From NCBI GenBank assembly GCA_043815885.1, contig JBDRIL010000038.1, positions 1 to 23,653 of the forward strand: 23,653 bases of DNA. The letters are read 5' to 3'. The notes beneath the pieces are model-generated. The model was not told the DNA's origin, did no database searches, and saw only the letters and a program-made list of their open reading frames with translations. The position numbers and the translations under genes are program-made. Positions within the stretch are counted from its first letter, which is position 1. Each line of letters starts with the position of its first letter. Of the stretch, positions 8,701-17,470 are shown piece by piece. The DNA is from an archaeon. Lineage in GTDB: Archaea > Iainarchaeota > Iainarchaeia > Iainarchaeales > 1-14-0-10-31-34.

Positions 8701-10349
8701 TTCTTGAAAAAGAAAAATTGGATAAGGCAGGTTATTCTTTAACAGAAGATATAAAGAATCAATTCAAGGATGGAATTCCTTTGGATTTAGTATTAGTAAT
8801 TGATTTAATGGAATCACTGAATAATAAACTCGAAGAAAAGACTGAAATTAAAAACATTATTGCACAGGTAGAGAGAAAGGAATTCAGTTCAACTGAGTTA
8901 GACACTCTAAAGCACATTGTTGGGGAAGAAATGGACGTTTATGAGGATTACTATATAATGACATTCAATGAATTTGATAAATTCCATGAAAAGCTTGATA
9001 ATGCAACTCCTATCGAAATGGACTGCAGTACCAAGACAGTTAAAGAGAACTGCTGTACAAGGGTGGCTGGAAAAATCAATAGCTGCAAGATTGAGAGCAT
9101 TAATGGAACAACTCAATTCGATGTAAGCGCTGCATTCATGCAAAAATTATTCAATAGTATTTCATTCAGAGTGGGACAGAGGAATATTGAATTGAGCAAA
9201 GAAGAGAAAGAAAATGTATTGGAGAAAGGAAAGTCAGTAATAATTGAAGTAACAGATTTATTGAAATGGTATCACCAATACATTGAAACTGATTCATTCT
9301 TCATTCAGGATAAATTCAGCGAAGATTTCAGGAAAGACTTTGAAAAAGAGTATTCCGGTATAACTGTTGGAGACTTCGGGAAATGGGAGTTTGCTCCAGA
9401 AAGCGTTCTTGCAGGAAAGTACAAGGTATTTATTGTATATAACTGGAAGGATGAAAAAGTTAAGGTTAAATTCACTCCAATAGAAACTAATTTGAACAAT
9501 ATCGATAAAGAGAATAAAACGTCCTATGCAAGCAATCCGTTCTTTAGGATGCCGTTTGATGGGGATGTAGGAAAAACCGATGGAAAACTGCAAAGAGATG
9601 GTTACGGAGTGGGATATGGAGAGAAGGCAGCCCTTAACTTCTATTTAAAAGACGGCCAAGACCCAGTCAATTCAAAGGTAACAACAGGAAATCCAAAGGT
9701 AACCTATAATACTTCTTACAGCAAGGAATTCGGGGACACGAGAAATGGAATGATACTGGATGTAGGCAGCGGAACAATTGAATTCACTCCTTCAATGCCA
9801 ATTGTACTGGAATTGAATCTGGATAAGACAAGCACTAAGAGAGGAGTGTTCTATTCATTATCTCTTGGAGGAAAAGAGTTAGGAAAGGATATTGAGAAGG
9901 ATTTGAGTTATCTCTTTGAATGGAATGGATGCGGAAAGACTGCAGTGAAAGACAATAAAACAAGCCAGTCTGTATTCAAGTCCTCTGAATGCACTTCAAC
10001 TGTTGAAAGGTTTGGATTGGTTTTGGATGCAGGAGAAAGCACTAGTTATGCAGCAATATCCTTTGTTCCATTAGAGAATACTTACAAGATAACGGCAAAT
10101 TATTGTGAGAATGGGGTAGAGCAATTCAATTTATTTAAGGGATTCGAGAAAGAAAAGAGTGAGAAATCTTCAATTAAATCATCTGCAGGAGAACTCACGA
10201 GCGGTGATGCAAGTAACGAAAACATGAATAAATTAATTGAGAGAATTGGGGGCGGAGAGGTTTGCATTAATCCAACTGACAGTGGAAAGGGAATGGAGTT
10301 TGTCTGGAACAAGCAAGAGATAATGAATTTGTCTAAGGTTTGCAGTTAA
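2718..10349 (+). CDS. Giant membrane-anchored surface protein 1 (~2543 aa), carboxypeptidase-regulatory-like/Ig-like beta-sandwich repeats
   Basis: Long ORF (track start GTG 2709; ATG 2718 preferred because MGVKEFY matches the paralog starts MGLKE). N-terminal motif, then TM helix (FPVFILSIIILIALIYFAFTL), then repeated V-D-x-x-G-x-x-[LV]-x-[GN]-A-x-V...T-x-x-x-G-x-A-x-F units typical of CarboxypepD_reg/Cna-B-like folds. Also a Y/Q/G/N-rich insert, a coiled coil and a C-terminal block shared with protein 2. Confidence 0.85.
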   Translation: MGVKEFYHSIEDKYYALMDSLDKRGIPVYKAIDFLESKNIPSFPVFILSIIILIALIYFAFTLSGVISPMNEFTLSVGDESGNALTGARVTLTYDEETSTKTTNDDGKAVFSVPAGKNFSVIVRKEGYAEKAKEFSAVDKSGMLSLALLPLNRIEIMLYKEGTTQLIDETVTVSFYCSEGDYLEERTTSTGRITLEGVPSDCGRLIADVVGGDCIEGCSIDSSKDTASIYLSGKEKEEKGELNVEVVNESGDALTGIHVNLIPFNGSISAETSCVTYGSGSCTMDNIPFGDYYVTAYDPNEGYSFYNSSVEGEIISINPSNPVKYFEITMKKDVLGQINVIVIDASTGEGVENAEVKLLRDNLKQETKKTNEEGVAVFNVGTTQEVFSLAVNHPDYLIADSITGVGARDEAFEFRLTQATANNSQRIDVEVLDSENEPVENVKVFLKKADEPEVIIGKEMLTGMDGRTSFGNVEEGRYIVYAEKNGFPGKNSEPITVRARTPAKIVIHLEIGRGTIDLRVVNEEKQAIQGATARVIDLFSNKEMSELKSVTDSSGNAGINVRADKVVYLKVSAPNYADFTSVPIKMYEGSIPKEIVLVEGITELDIVLQGFYSKSEQAEDSGEGIKLSKGNEYVAKFLLLVPETDAVETGVHIRTGAEKDKVNNIMEKDDLFIEKIYASNAMLIRGTSFNPPNGFEVDSQHLTSGDSKWANIVFNEPVKGAIEIEARIQLKEITSSSLMNLAYRAWIVTGEGVLREPFDAELKEAESTPTKHSLYAKAKYKPLMTGASSMCTDYFCYSLNITDLSSGMKTMIADEFPAEINNDYRMEFSLINVTEKDFDNVELEIKNELKGLQLKNYSIEGSQGIGKEGKIVVPVGSVSEGTMINGMIEFNAKKEGPNKLELSLVSSSEEMGKENVFQKTIKIDTKAQGEMKIDLLPKILVPFINNNLLIRISDTDENPLSEVLVEVRKDGENVVNGFTDGEGVFAVTLEEMGPRTKVKIVAEKRGYREVELEVEVQKEILLVNPTEINETFIVSKEFTVKREIIARNITEIPLNIAAVEVTDAFNGMVQFTWEEDYSGKELVAVEDNKLYLTIGLTPKGKMAEETTLLEGTINIVVENEEIEKQWVSSIPVSITIGLGGEVDEADCLIIEPEEWRIRTDGTRGARNFTLKNICTVEGKPVSLRNLEARILWEGDNEVAGFELTPKMAEGNKIELTNKWKIAVPLVKPTLEDEGEVIEFSFTPDEINSASSKMRIQLKATHLTETGKQAIQTEVNTEIQISKLIECIEVIERGPLTIQLGAFSQGYGMFQGQFGNTGSPFGQYPNYYNQSQNYYPYGYGGQYYQGSTYGSYPYSSDVMYPSTNEWMNRSWPSAYYNQPYVDNSMINPGSMNQWQPGTESKTSFIVQNNCQSDVEISIEPDPNLSSSDTSFELEPGNEKKVEVMSTYFPGSYPVYVRAKLKDSQQKKTDIKQVNVLVENESQKNYRDCIYLDKRTFQFNDFIQKPVTGKIINSCYGMGVVLDYQSLSLGDYQADYYGNSYRDQSTVDMTKNAEYQPGLINDFRILELINKPGPNGKVIQELRFEIIKEIESSYRSDIPKLPDAKDPITEIGLWRLKLTGAYYTVRAPEILVVNFYNRYGQRQSIPFDIIIEDLWAAVPLVAGEVEWGSEKEIFQECINSESLNVSNYRIGKTMNECLKEDEDFFEKGGTQYLHSNEGKDRVLQIGENLCGQVDSLSLEVNSVAKEEWNGIKLLFSLYDSKHNVQMYVDKSNWDGTETKIDYKLPARLTRMIHGYSQRVYIPVKVCIAGEKKPEGLTDKELECYKELRRLEKDIEELKKEIERLKECVGLEKGSKEKIIEEIDKSYTTEEVKCETGTTGEGAKKKYGFDRLLFDWETGKDHIEIHTCDDASEYYDDAGKIFCDATQQSIALNEKAKEIERVLKSTKSVCLKVTETGVTICEDTTTENLPAHFIKQVKVKDKVSGENLVFFIGKDGSILEKEKLDKAGYSLTEDIKNQFKDGIPLDLVLVIDLMESLNNKLEEKTEIKNIIAQVERKEFSSTELDTLKHIVGEEMDVYEDYYIMTFNEFDKFHEKLDNATPIEMDCSTKTVKENCCTRVAGKINSCKIESINGTTQFDVSAAFMQKLFNSISFRVGQRNIELSKEEKENVLEKGKSVIIEVTDLLKWYHQYIETDSFFIQDKFSEDFRKDFEKEYSGITVGDFGKWEFAPESVLAGKYKVFIVYNWKDEKVKVKFTPIETNLNNIDKENKTSYASNPFFRMPFDGDVGKTDGKLQRDGYGVGYGEKAALNFYLKDGQDPVNSKVTTGNPKVTYNTSYSKEFGDTRNGMILDVGSGTIEFTPSMPIVLELNLDKTSTKRGVFYSLSLGGKELGKDIEKDLSYLFEWNGCGKTAVKDNKTSQSVFKSSECTSTVERFGLVLDAGESTSYAAISFVPLENTYKITANYCENGVEQFNLFKGFEKEKSEKSSIKSSAGELTSGDASNENMNKLIERIGGGEVCINPTDSGKGMEFVWNKQEIMNLSKVCS

Positions 10350-10366
10350 AGGGGAAGTGGAGATGA

Positions 10367-13300
10367 ATGGGGCTGAAAGAAGTTTATTATTCCCTGGAGG
10401 AAAAATACTATAATTTATTGGATAAAATAAATAAGGTCATTCCATTATACAAGATTGTTGATCCAATCGATAAAATATTTCCTTCTTTTATATTATGTAT
10501 TATAGTAGTATTAATCCTGATTCTTGTGGCTGGAGTAATGCTTGCTCCGGGATTCATGGTGAAAGAGGAATTTGATTTAGCTTTTAAGGTAACAGATGAA
10601 GAAGGAAGAGGTTTAGGCGGAAGCAGCATAACAGTAGAATATGAGGGAACAAAAAAAACACTTGAAGCGGATTTGTTTGGAAAAACTGATGTAGTGAAGG
10701 TAACAGAAGGGACAATGGTTTCATTTAAGGCAATAAAGGATGGATATGAAAGCTTTGAGGATTCAATTGAAGTAAAAAAGAATTATACAAAAGAGATTTC
10801 ATTAAAGGAATTGATTATTGCATTCCAGGAAACAGAGAGAAACATTGAATTCTATGATTCAGTAAATACAAGTGAGTTGGTCAGGGAAAGGCTTTACCTT
10901 TATTTTTCCTGTGAGAATTATGAGGCAACCCCTCCTGATTCAATTGATGTAAGTGATGGAAGGACAATAGTGTCTGAGCCATCAGAGTGTGAAGGACTGA
11001 GTGTAACAGTAAAGAGTTCTTCTTACAGGCAGGTTAATTCATTTCCACTGGATTACACTATAAATGAAATATATCTGGAGAGATTGGGTAGCGGAGAAGG
11101 AGAAATTACAATTGAGACTTACTACAATGATGCTCCCATAGATAATATCTGGGTTGGATTGTATGAGGACACTGAATTAGGGCCAGTGTATGAGGGATAC
11201 ACATATGGCGGGGAAGTGAGTTTTGCTGTTGTGCCACAGCTTTACTTCATTAAGGCATATGATGAACTGAATGAATTTGAGCCTTCTTCAATTACTGCTT
11301 CAATTGAAGCAAATGAGGAAAGGACTGTAAGGATAAGTTTGGAGAAAAATGTTCCGGAAATTGCTTCTGGATTAATCAGAATCCAGGTAGTGGATTCAGC
11401 TAATTCAAAGAGATTAATTGGAGGGGCAAAGGTTACTTTAAGGAAGGAAGAGGAAGAGATTGCAACACTTGAGACTTCAATTGATGAAAATGCAATAATT
11501 GAATTCAATGTGGATGATGAAGAGGCAAGCTATAATGCAATAATTGACCATGAAGATTATTTGGTTAAAAGGGAAACTGATTTGAGAGTGAGTGATGCAG
11601 TTCATACAGTTAAGCTGGAGAGATTTGACGGAGAGAATGGAGGAGAATTAAAGGTAAGGGCAATAGACCAGGAAGGAGTTCCTGTTAGAAATGCAAGGGT
11701 TGCATTGTATGATGATAAAAAGAATTTAATTCAGGCAGTGGAAGAGACAACTGACTTGAATGGAGAGGCAGAATTCACTCGAGTACAGAACGGGCATTAC
11801 ATGGCTTTTGCTTATAAGGGAACAGTGAGCGGATGGAGTGATGCAAGCTACTTCAATATGCGGACAGGAGAATTAACTGAATTGGTTGTAGTAATGCAGA
11901 TTCCTGACGGAACGCTCAAGATAAAGGTAGTGGACTTGGATGATGAACCCATAAGGTTTGCAAATATTTCTTTATTTGATGCAAGCAATGAAGAACTAGT
12001 TATTAATACCCCGACTGATTCAAATGGAGTACTGAATTATACTGAAAGAGCAGACAAGAGTGTTTACTTTAAGGTGGAAAAGGAAGGATTTGCTTCATTC
12101 CATTCAATTGTATACCAATTGCTTCCAAATACTGTAGAAGAAATAGAGGTAGTAATGGAAAAAGCAATTGTTTCAGGAGAGGCAACAGTAGAATTTGTCG
12201 GGGTTTACAAGGAAGACGAATTTGTTTCAGGCAAAGAAGAAGGGCTTCCTGGAGCGCTTTCCTCTGGAGAGGAATACATTGCATTACTGTATCTGAGGGT
12301 TCCGGAGAAAAAGAATTACAGTGAAGCAGGAATTCATTTTAGGCTGGGAAAAGATTTATTCATGGAAAACGATTTAATGTTTATAAAGGAAGTAATGGAC
12401 GGAGAAGCAACAGTAAAAAAATATACGAGGTTCAGTGGAAATGACGCAAAGGATGACTTAAAGAGCCTGAGTGAAGAGTACGGGAAATGGACTAATATTG
12501 TTTGGAGGGCTCCAGAAGCAGGAATACATGAAGTAAGGGTATTGTTTAAGGTAAAGGAAAATGTTGAGAAAGGAAAGGAACTGGCATTCAATTACAGGAG
12601 CTGGGCAAGAAAAGGAAACAAGGCATACAGGGATCCGGAAGATGTTGCAATGGAGGAAGAGCTTTATGCAGCAGTAAAAAAGAAAATATATACTACTGGA
12701 TTTACTACTCTCTGTTCTGATGAATTCTGTTTCACTGCATCAATTCTGGACAAGAAGGAGGATTTAGTTGAGGGAGTGGTTGATTCCTATACCGCAAAAA
12801 TCTGGCAGGAATACCAGCTTGAATTCGATATAGTGAATAACAGCAAGGACTTCATTCATTATCCTGATTCATATGCAAAGATAAGGAATAACAATGAAGC
12901 AATTACTTTTACGCATTACTCTATAAAGAATGCGGATTCAAGGCCAATTGTTGATGAACCGGATTCCTCTTACATAAAGAAAGTTGATTTAGGAGAATTT
13001 TCTCCTAACAGGCATGTAGTTGGAAAGATTGATTTCAGGATAGTGAAGGATGCAGGAGGAACAATAAATATCACTATTGTTTCAGGAAAGGAAATGAAGT
13101 TCTCAAGAGATATTACTATTGAAGTGGAAGCTCCAAAAGAATTTGCTCTTTCCTTTGAACCAGATCCAATCGCGGCAGGAGTAAGCAATAAGGTATTGTT
13201 TAAGGTAAAGGAATTAGTGGAGGAAAAAGAAGTAGAGAAGGCATTGATTACGCTTAAAGACAAATTCAGTGATGTAATTGTTGGGCCTGTATCCACTGAC

Positions 13301-16300
13301 AGGGAGGGAGAAGCAGTAATTGAGATTCCTGCACAGGCTCCGGAAAGTGTATTGTATGCAGTAGTGGAGAAAGAGGAATTCAAGACATTAAAGCAAGAGA
13401 TAAGGATTGACGGAAACTTTGTGGAAGTAAAGCCAAAGAAGTTAGGGATTACGCTTAATACAGTTGAGAAAGCAACTTCAATGGATTCATTTACAATAGA
13501 GAACCTGCTTTACTTTGATTTAAAGCTTGAATCAATTGAAGTTCAGGGCGACCTAAAACATTTGATTGACGAGGATGCAATGAATGATTATCTCTATACT
13601 AATTTCAAGGGAATAACTGTTTCGGCAAAGGAAGAAAGAGAAATTCAATTGAGAAGCATTCTTTCAATGGAGGGAAGGAACTGGACGCAGAGAGAGGACT
13701 TGAAAGGAGAACTGCTGATGGTTTTCTCCAATGGAGAGGCTTCCTGGACATATAAATTGCCTTTAACCTACAGCATTGGAATAGGAAAGGAAGTTGATAA
13801 TCCAACCTGTTTCAGTGTTTCAATGAATGAATGGAAGACCTCCACAGAAGGAAGCACAGAGGAAGTGAGCTTTGAAATAGAGAATAACTGTACAGTGAAT
13901 GGCTCTCCCTTGGAATTAAAGGATTTGGAGGCAATGGTTGAATGGAAGAGCAATAAAGTGGGAGCATTTACTCTTACAGTGGAAGATGTTTCAGCTGAAT
14001 TAAGGTCTACTTACTACAAGAGTGTAAGGGACAATGTAGAGAATAAGAGACACAGGGCAATTCTTTCCTTTACTCCAAACGGAGGAGTGAATGGAACAGG
14101 AATTGCAACAATAAAGATTCGCGCAAGCAATGTACTGGAAGGAAAGAACCAGCTGCTGGAAGATGCAATTGAAACAGAAATAATGATAGTCAATTTACTG
14201 GACTGCATTAAGTTCTCCAAAGACGAATTAAGAATGCCTCAGGGAGGAAGTGATTCATTTAAAGTGGAGACGCTTGGATGCGGGGGAAACATAACCTTTT
14301 CCTTTGAATCAGATTTGCATTTAAGCACTAAAGAAATTGAATTAGGAGAAGAAGAGGAAAGCTCGGATATAATGGTTAGTGCAGTGGACGTGGTTCCAGG
14401 GCAATACAAGATTGTTGCAACAATGCAGGGAGAAGCATTAAAGACAAAGAGAAAAGTGAAAAACATTTATGCATTAGTTGAAGGAACAGGATGTGTAAGG
14501 CTGAGCAAATATGAATTCGATGTATACAATGATCCAGCTGATCCTTATGATGGATATGACACAGTGAAAATCATTAATGACTGCTACAAAAAAGAGTTCC
14601 CGGCAAAAGTGAAAATAAAGGACTGGAAGAAGGCAATGGAAGACGCATTAATGCCCACACTCTATGCCTTCCTTGGGGGAGGATTAATGAATGTAGTGGG
14701 AGACAAGATTCCAATTATCGGCCCATACCTTAACACAATCAAAGGACTCTTTGGAATCACAGGCGGGGAAGAGAAAAAACCTGAAACAAAAGAAAAAGAG
14801 AAAAGCAAATTGGAGAAACAAAAAGAAGACTTAGAAAAACAATTAGAGGAAGCGACTAAAGCAAAAAAAGACTCAGAAGAAATTAAAGAACTAGAAGAAA
14901 AAATATCAGAACTAAATAAAGAAATTAAAAAAATATTAGAAGATGAAAAAGAAGTAGTGACACCGCCCGAATCCCCTAAAACCCCAACAGAAGAACCCAA
15001 AAAGGAAGAATCTGAAACTCCTGCTCCTGCGCCCCCAGAAACTTCTGAAACTCCTAACCCTTCTGAAGGAACGCCTTCAAACGGAGAAATAGGGGACTTC
15101 CCAGCACCTTCAGAAGACGTATATGCTGAAGAAAAAGAAGGCATTCCAACAACTGGTTATTTCCTTGGAGGGATTCCAATTATAGGGGAATTCTTTACTA
15201 AGGGAAACATAATTACTACTGCATTGACTTTTGTTGGAACTACAATCTATAATTACATGAATCAGGATGACGTGCAATTGATGTATCTGGAGAGGGATTT
15301 AGGGGTAAAGGATTATGGATTGTTTGAGGAAAGGAAACAGTTAATTGAAGGGAAATTGATTGAAACTCCGGAGGAAAGGATTGGGTTTACGCCGAAAGTG
15401 GATGAAATTGATTTTGATGAAGATGTTTACACTGAATTCAAGGAAGGGACAACTGAATTAAGGGAAGTGTATGAAGTAGTATTCACTAATGAGGATGGAT
15501 GGAGGCAGAAGGATGCAATGAGTCCATTGTATGCATTATTCAATGTAGTAACGGAAAAGTATGAGTATGAGGAAGAATACAAGGACAAGATTCCTGAGAA
15601 ACTGGAGGAAATAACCCCAAGGGATGAAATGGAAAATGAATTCCATCTGCAATTTAATTCATTTAAGACGGACGAAAATATAGATAGCCGTCCATTAGGA
15701 AATTGTGTTATTGGTTCAAAGGTAGGAGAGACAGGGGAACAGGCAGAACTTCCAAAAGTGAAATTATTATGGAGATGGCAGGAATTTATGGGGGGAAAGG
15801 ATTCCAAAGGAAATGCAAATATTTATCCATGTAGTGAGGGAGGCTATTACTGTGATGCAACGCAATTCACTATAGAATTAATGGAGAGGATAAATGAAGC
15901 GCAAAAGATAATTGAGGACCTTGAATTAGAGTGCCCTTATCCAAGGGCTGAATGCAAGGAATTAAGCACTTCGTTAATAAATGAAATAATTAAGTATACT
16001 GAAGAAAAGAATGAAACTGAATTAAACAAGGAAGACAAGGAGAGGTTAACTAATTTACTTGGATTCAATGCTTACCTGATTAGGGACGGGTATTCTGCTG
16101 ACTTCCAGAAGGACTTCCATGACTATGCAGCAAATATTGCTTTCTTCCAGACTCCATTATTCTATCACAATCCTGATGATGTTAATAGTTCTCTTGGAGC
16201 AATATTCTCTAATCCAGACTTATTTGAATTCGATTACTTCAGGGAATCATCAAACCAGGCAATAAATGGCCCGGGAATGTACAGCATTACAATAGACATT

Positions 16301-17308
16301 ACTTATGATGATGATTCATTCCTGTTGTTTGAGAAGGAAAAGCTTACTGCAAGCATTAAGGCAAGCATGAGCAAACTGAAGGCACCAAAACCGGATTCGC
16401 CATTGTATTACATTCCGTTCGATGGAGAGATAGGCTTATTGAGTGATAACGGAAGAGTGGGATATGGAACGAATTACGAGACAACTCTTGGAGACCCAAT
16501 AAATGTTAATGACGCAATCGGAGGACAGGGGCAAATAAGAACAATAAATATTGCTAATGCAAACGCAATACACAATGTAAAGGCAACAACAAAGGATGAT
16601 TTAAAGACATTGAATGTGGATGAAAGAGGAACAGTAATGAAGTTTGAAAGGACTGGAACAGAAACACAGCTGCTGTATTCTCCTTCAGATGCAACTCCGG
16701 TTATTTTAGGAATAGATGATGCCACATCCAAAAATTTATTCCTGTTTTATTCAATCGAGATAGCGAATGAACCCCAGAGAAATGTCGGAAGTTATATGAG
16801 CAGATGGACTGGAAAAGGAGACAATTGTGTTGACTTCCACGGAAAGAAAATGATTGCATATGCAGAAGAACCAGACAGGCATGCACTGAGCTCTGAAGCG
16901 AAAAAGGAATCAGTAATGGATGACAGACTCAGACCATATTCATATGGATTTTATTGGAGTTCCCCTACAAGAGCAGGAGAGGTATTCTTTGAGACAGTGT
17001 TCTTTACTCCAAAGGAAAGGGATTCAATCTTAAGGATAACAGCAAAATCAGGAGGGACAGGCGTTAAATTTTATACTCCCACTACTTCCGGAGAACAGGT
17101 TACATTGAGCGGAGTAATGATTGAAAGCAGGAACAGGATTGATTCAGTGCAAAAGGTATTTGATTTGGTTAGAGAGGAAAAGATGTGCGTAATGGGAAAT
17201 GACAGCAGAAGCGTTGAATTCTTCTGGAATCCAAAAGTTGGATTGGATGAATTGGAAGATAGTTCAGCAGTAAAGGCACTGAAAATAGATGAAAGCTGTA
17301 TCAGGTAG
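10367..17308 (+). CDS. Giant membrane-anchored surface protein 2 (2313 aa), paralog of 2718..10349
   Basis: Starts 17 bp after the previous stop, with an SD-like GGAG. Same N-terminal motif + TM, same beta-sandwich repeats and shared motifs (RADKxVY, GIHFRxG, KWxNIxW, CDATQ, PFDGxxG, EFxWN). A central coiled coil and Pro/Glu-rich linker are flanked by Gly-rich hydrophobic segments. Confidence 0.88.
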   Translation: MGLKEVYYSLEEKYYNLLDKINKVIPLYKIVDPIDKIFPSFILCIIVVLILILVAGVMLAPGFMVKEEFDLAFKVTDEEGRGLGGSSITVEYEGTKKTLEADLFGKTDVVKVTEGTMVSFKAIKDGYESFEDSIEVKKNYTKEISLKELIIAFQETERNIEFYDSVNTSELVRERLYLYFSCENYEATPPDSIDVSDGRTIVSEPSECEGLSVTVKSSSYRQVNSFPLDYTINEIYLERLGSGEGEITIETYYNDAPIDNIWVGLYEDTELGPVYEGYTYGGEVSFAVVPQLYFIKAYDELNEFEPSSITASIEANEERTVRISLEKNVPEIASGLIRIQVVDSANSKRLIGGAKVTLRKEEEEIATLETSIDENAIIEFNVDDEEASYNAIIDHEDYLVKRETDLRVSDAVHTVKLERFDGENGGELKVRAIDQEGVPVRNARVALYDDKKNLIQAVEETTDLNGEAEFTRVQNGHYMAFAYKGTVSGWSDASYFNMRTGELTELVVVMQIPDGTLKIKVVDLDDEPIRFANISLFDASNEELVINTPTDSNGVLNYTERADKSVYFKVEKEGFASFHSIVYQLLPNTVEEIEVVMEKAIVSGEATVEFVGVYKEDEFVSGKEEGLPGALSSGEEYIALLYLRVPEKKNYSEAGIHFRLGKDLFMENDLMFIKEVMDGEATVKKYTRFSGNDAKDDLKSLSEEYGKWTNIVWRAPEAGIHEVRVLFKVKENVEKGKELAFNYRSWARKGNKAYRDPEDVAMEEELYAAVKKKIYTTGFTTLCSDEFCFTASILDKKEDLVEGVVDSYTAKIWQEYQLEFDIVNNSKDFIHYPDSYAKIRNNNEAITFTHYSIKNADSRPIVDEPDSSYIKKVDLGEFSPNRHVVGKIDFRIVKDAGGTINITIVSGKEMKFSRDITIEVEAPKEFALSFEPDPIAAGVSNKVLFKVKELVEEKEVEKALITLKDKFSDVIVGPVSTDREGEAVIEIPAQAPESVLYAVVEKEEFKTLKQEIRIDGNFVEVKPKKLGITLNTVEKATSMDSFTIENLLYFDLKLESIEVQGDLKHLIDEDAMNDYLYTNFKGITVSAKEEREIQLRSILSMEGRNWTQREDLKGELLMVFSNGEASWTYKLPLTYSIGIGKEVDNPTCFSVSMNEWKTSTEGSTEEVSFEIENNCTVNGSPLELKDLEAMVEWKSNKVGAFTLTVEDVSAELRSTYYKSVRDNVENKRHRAILSFTPNGGVNGTGIATIKIRASNVLEGKNQLLEDAIETEIMIVNLLDCIKFSKDELRMPQGGSDSFKVETLGCGGNITFSFESDLHLSTKEIELGEEEESSDIMVSAVDVVPGQYKIVATMQGEALKTKRKVKNIYALVEGTGCVRLSKYEFDVYNDPADPYDGYDTVKIINDCYKKEFPAKVKIKDWKKAMEDALMPTLYAFLGGGLMNVVGDKIPIIGPYLNTIKGLFGITGGEEKKPETKEKEKSKLEKQKEDLEKQLEEATKAKKDSEEIKELEEKISELNKEIKKILEDEKEVVTPPESPKTPTEEPKKEESETPAPAPPETSETPNPSEGTPSNGEIGDFPAPSEDVYAEEKEGIPTTGYFLGGIPIIGEFFTKGNIITTALTFVGTTIYNYMNQDDVQLMYLERDLGVKDYGLFEERKQLIEGKLIETPEERIGFTPKVDEIDFDEDVYTEFKEGTTELREVYEVVFTNEDGWRQKDAMSPLYALFNVVTEKYEYEEEYKDKIPEKLEEITPRDEMENEFHLQFNSFKTDENIDSRPLGNCVIGSKVGETGEQAELPKVKLLWRWQEFMGGKDSKGNANIYPCSEGGYYCDATQFTIELMERINEAQKIIEDLELECPYPRAECKELSTSLINEIIKYTEEKNETELNKEDKERLTNLLGFNAYLIRDGYSADFQKDFHDYAANIAFFQTPLFYHNPDDVNSSLGAIFSNPDLFEFDYFRESSNQAINGPGMYSITIDITYDDDSFLLFEKEKLTASIKASMSKLKAPKPDSPLYYIPFDGEIGLLSDNGRVGYGTNYETTLGDPINVNDAIGGQGQIRTINIANANAIHNVKATTKDDLKTLNVDERGTVMKFERTGTETQLLYSPSDATPVILGIDDATSKNLFLFYSIEIANEPQRNVGSYMSRWTGKGDNCVDFHGKKMIAYAEEPDRHALSSEAKKESVMDDRLRPYSYGFYWSSPTRAGEVFFETVFFTPKERDSILRITAKSGGTGVKFYTPTTSGEQVTLSGVMIESRNRIDSVQKVFDLVREEKMCVMGNDSRSVEFFWNPKVGLDELEDSSAVKALKIDESCIR

Positions 17309-17470
17309 AGAATATTATATGTGACATCCTCCCACGCCTAAAGGCGTAGGCTTCCGTGGTCGACAACTGAAACATTTTTAGGAAGCCTTTTTTTCACTGC
17401 CACGGTTAAGGGCATTGCCACATTGCCCGCTTCACCAAACATATAGCTTGATGAAAAAGTTTTTGCAAGA
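17301..17470 (-). ncRNA. Predicted TnpB omegaRNA (reRNA); guide begins 5'-AUAUAAUAUUCUCUACCUGA
   Basis: Inferred from the known TnpB architecture: the scaffold overlaps the tnpB 3' end and right end, and the guide is the flank beyond TCAC (17320 downward). The 5' boundary and guide length are approximate. Confidence 0.6.
17309..17320 (+). repeat. 12-bp direct repeat copy 1 (AGAATATTATAT)
   Basis: Exact match to 18670-18681. It fills the whole gap between the protein 2 stop codon and the IS right end. Confidence 0.9.

Noticed and set aside
2718..17308. Inteins or enzymatic (protease/nuclease/toxin) domains explaining the giant size
   Set aside because: No intein splice-junction or LAGLIDADG motifs and no catalytic signature recognisable by eye. 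The 'carboxypeptidase regulatory-like' repeats are structural. A profile search is needed to exclude remote domains.
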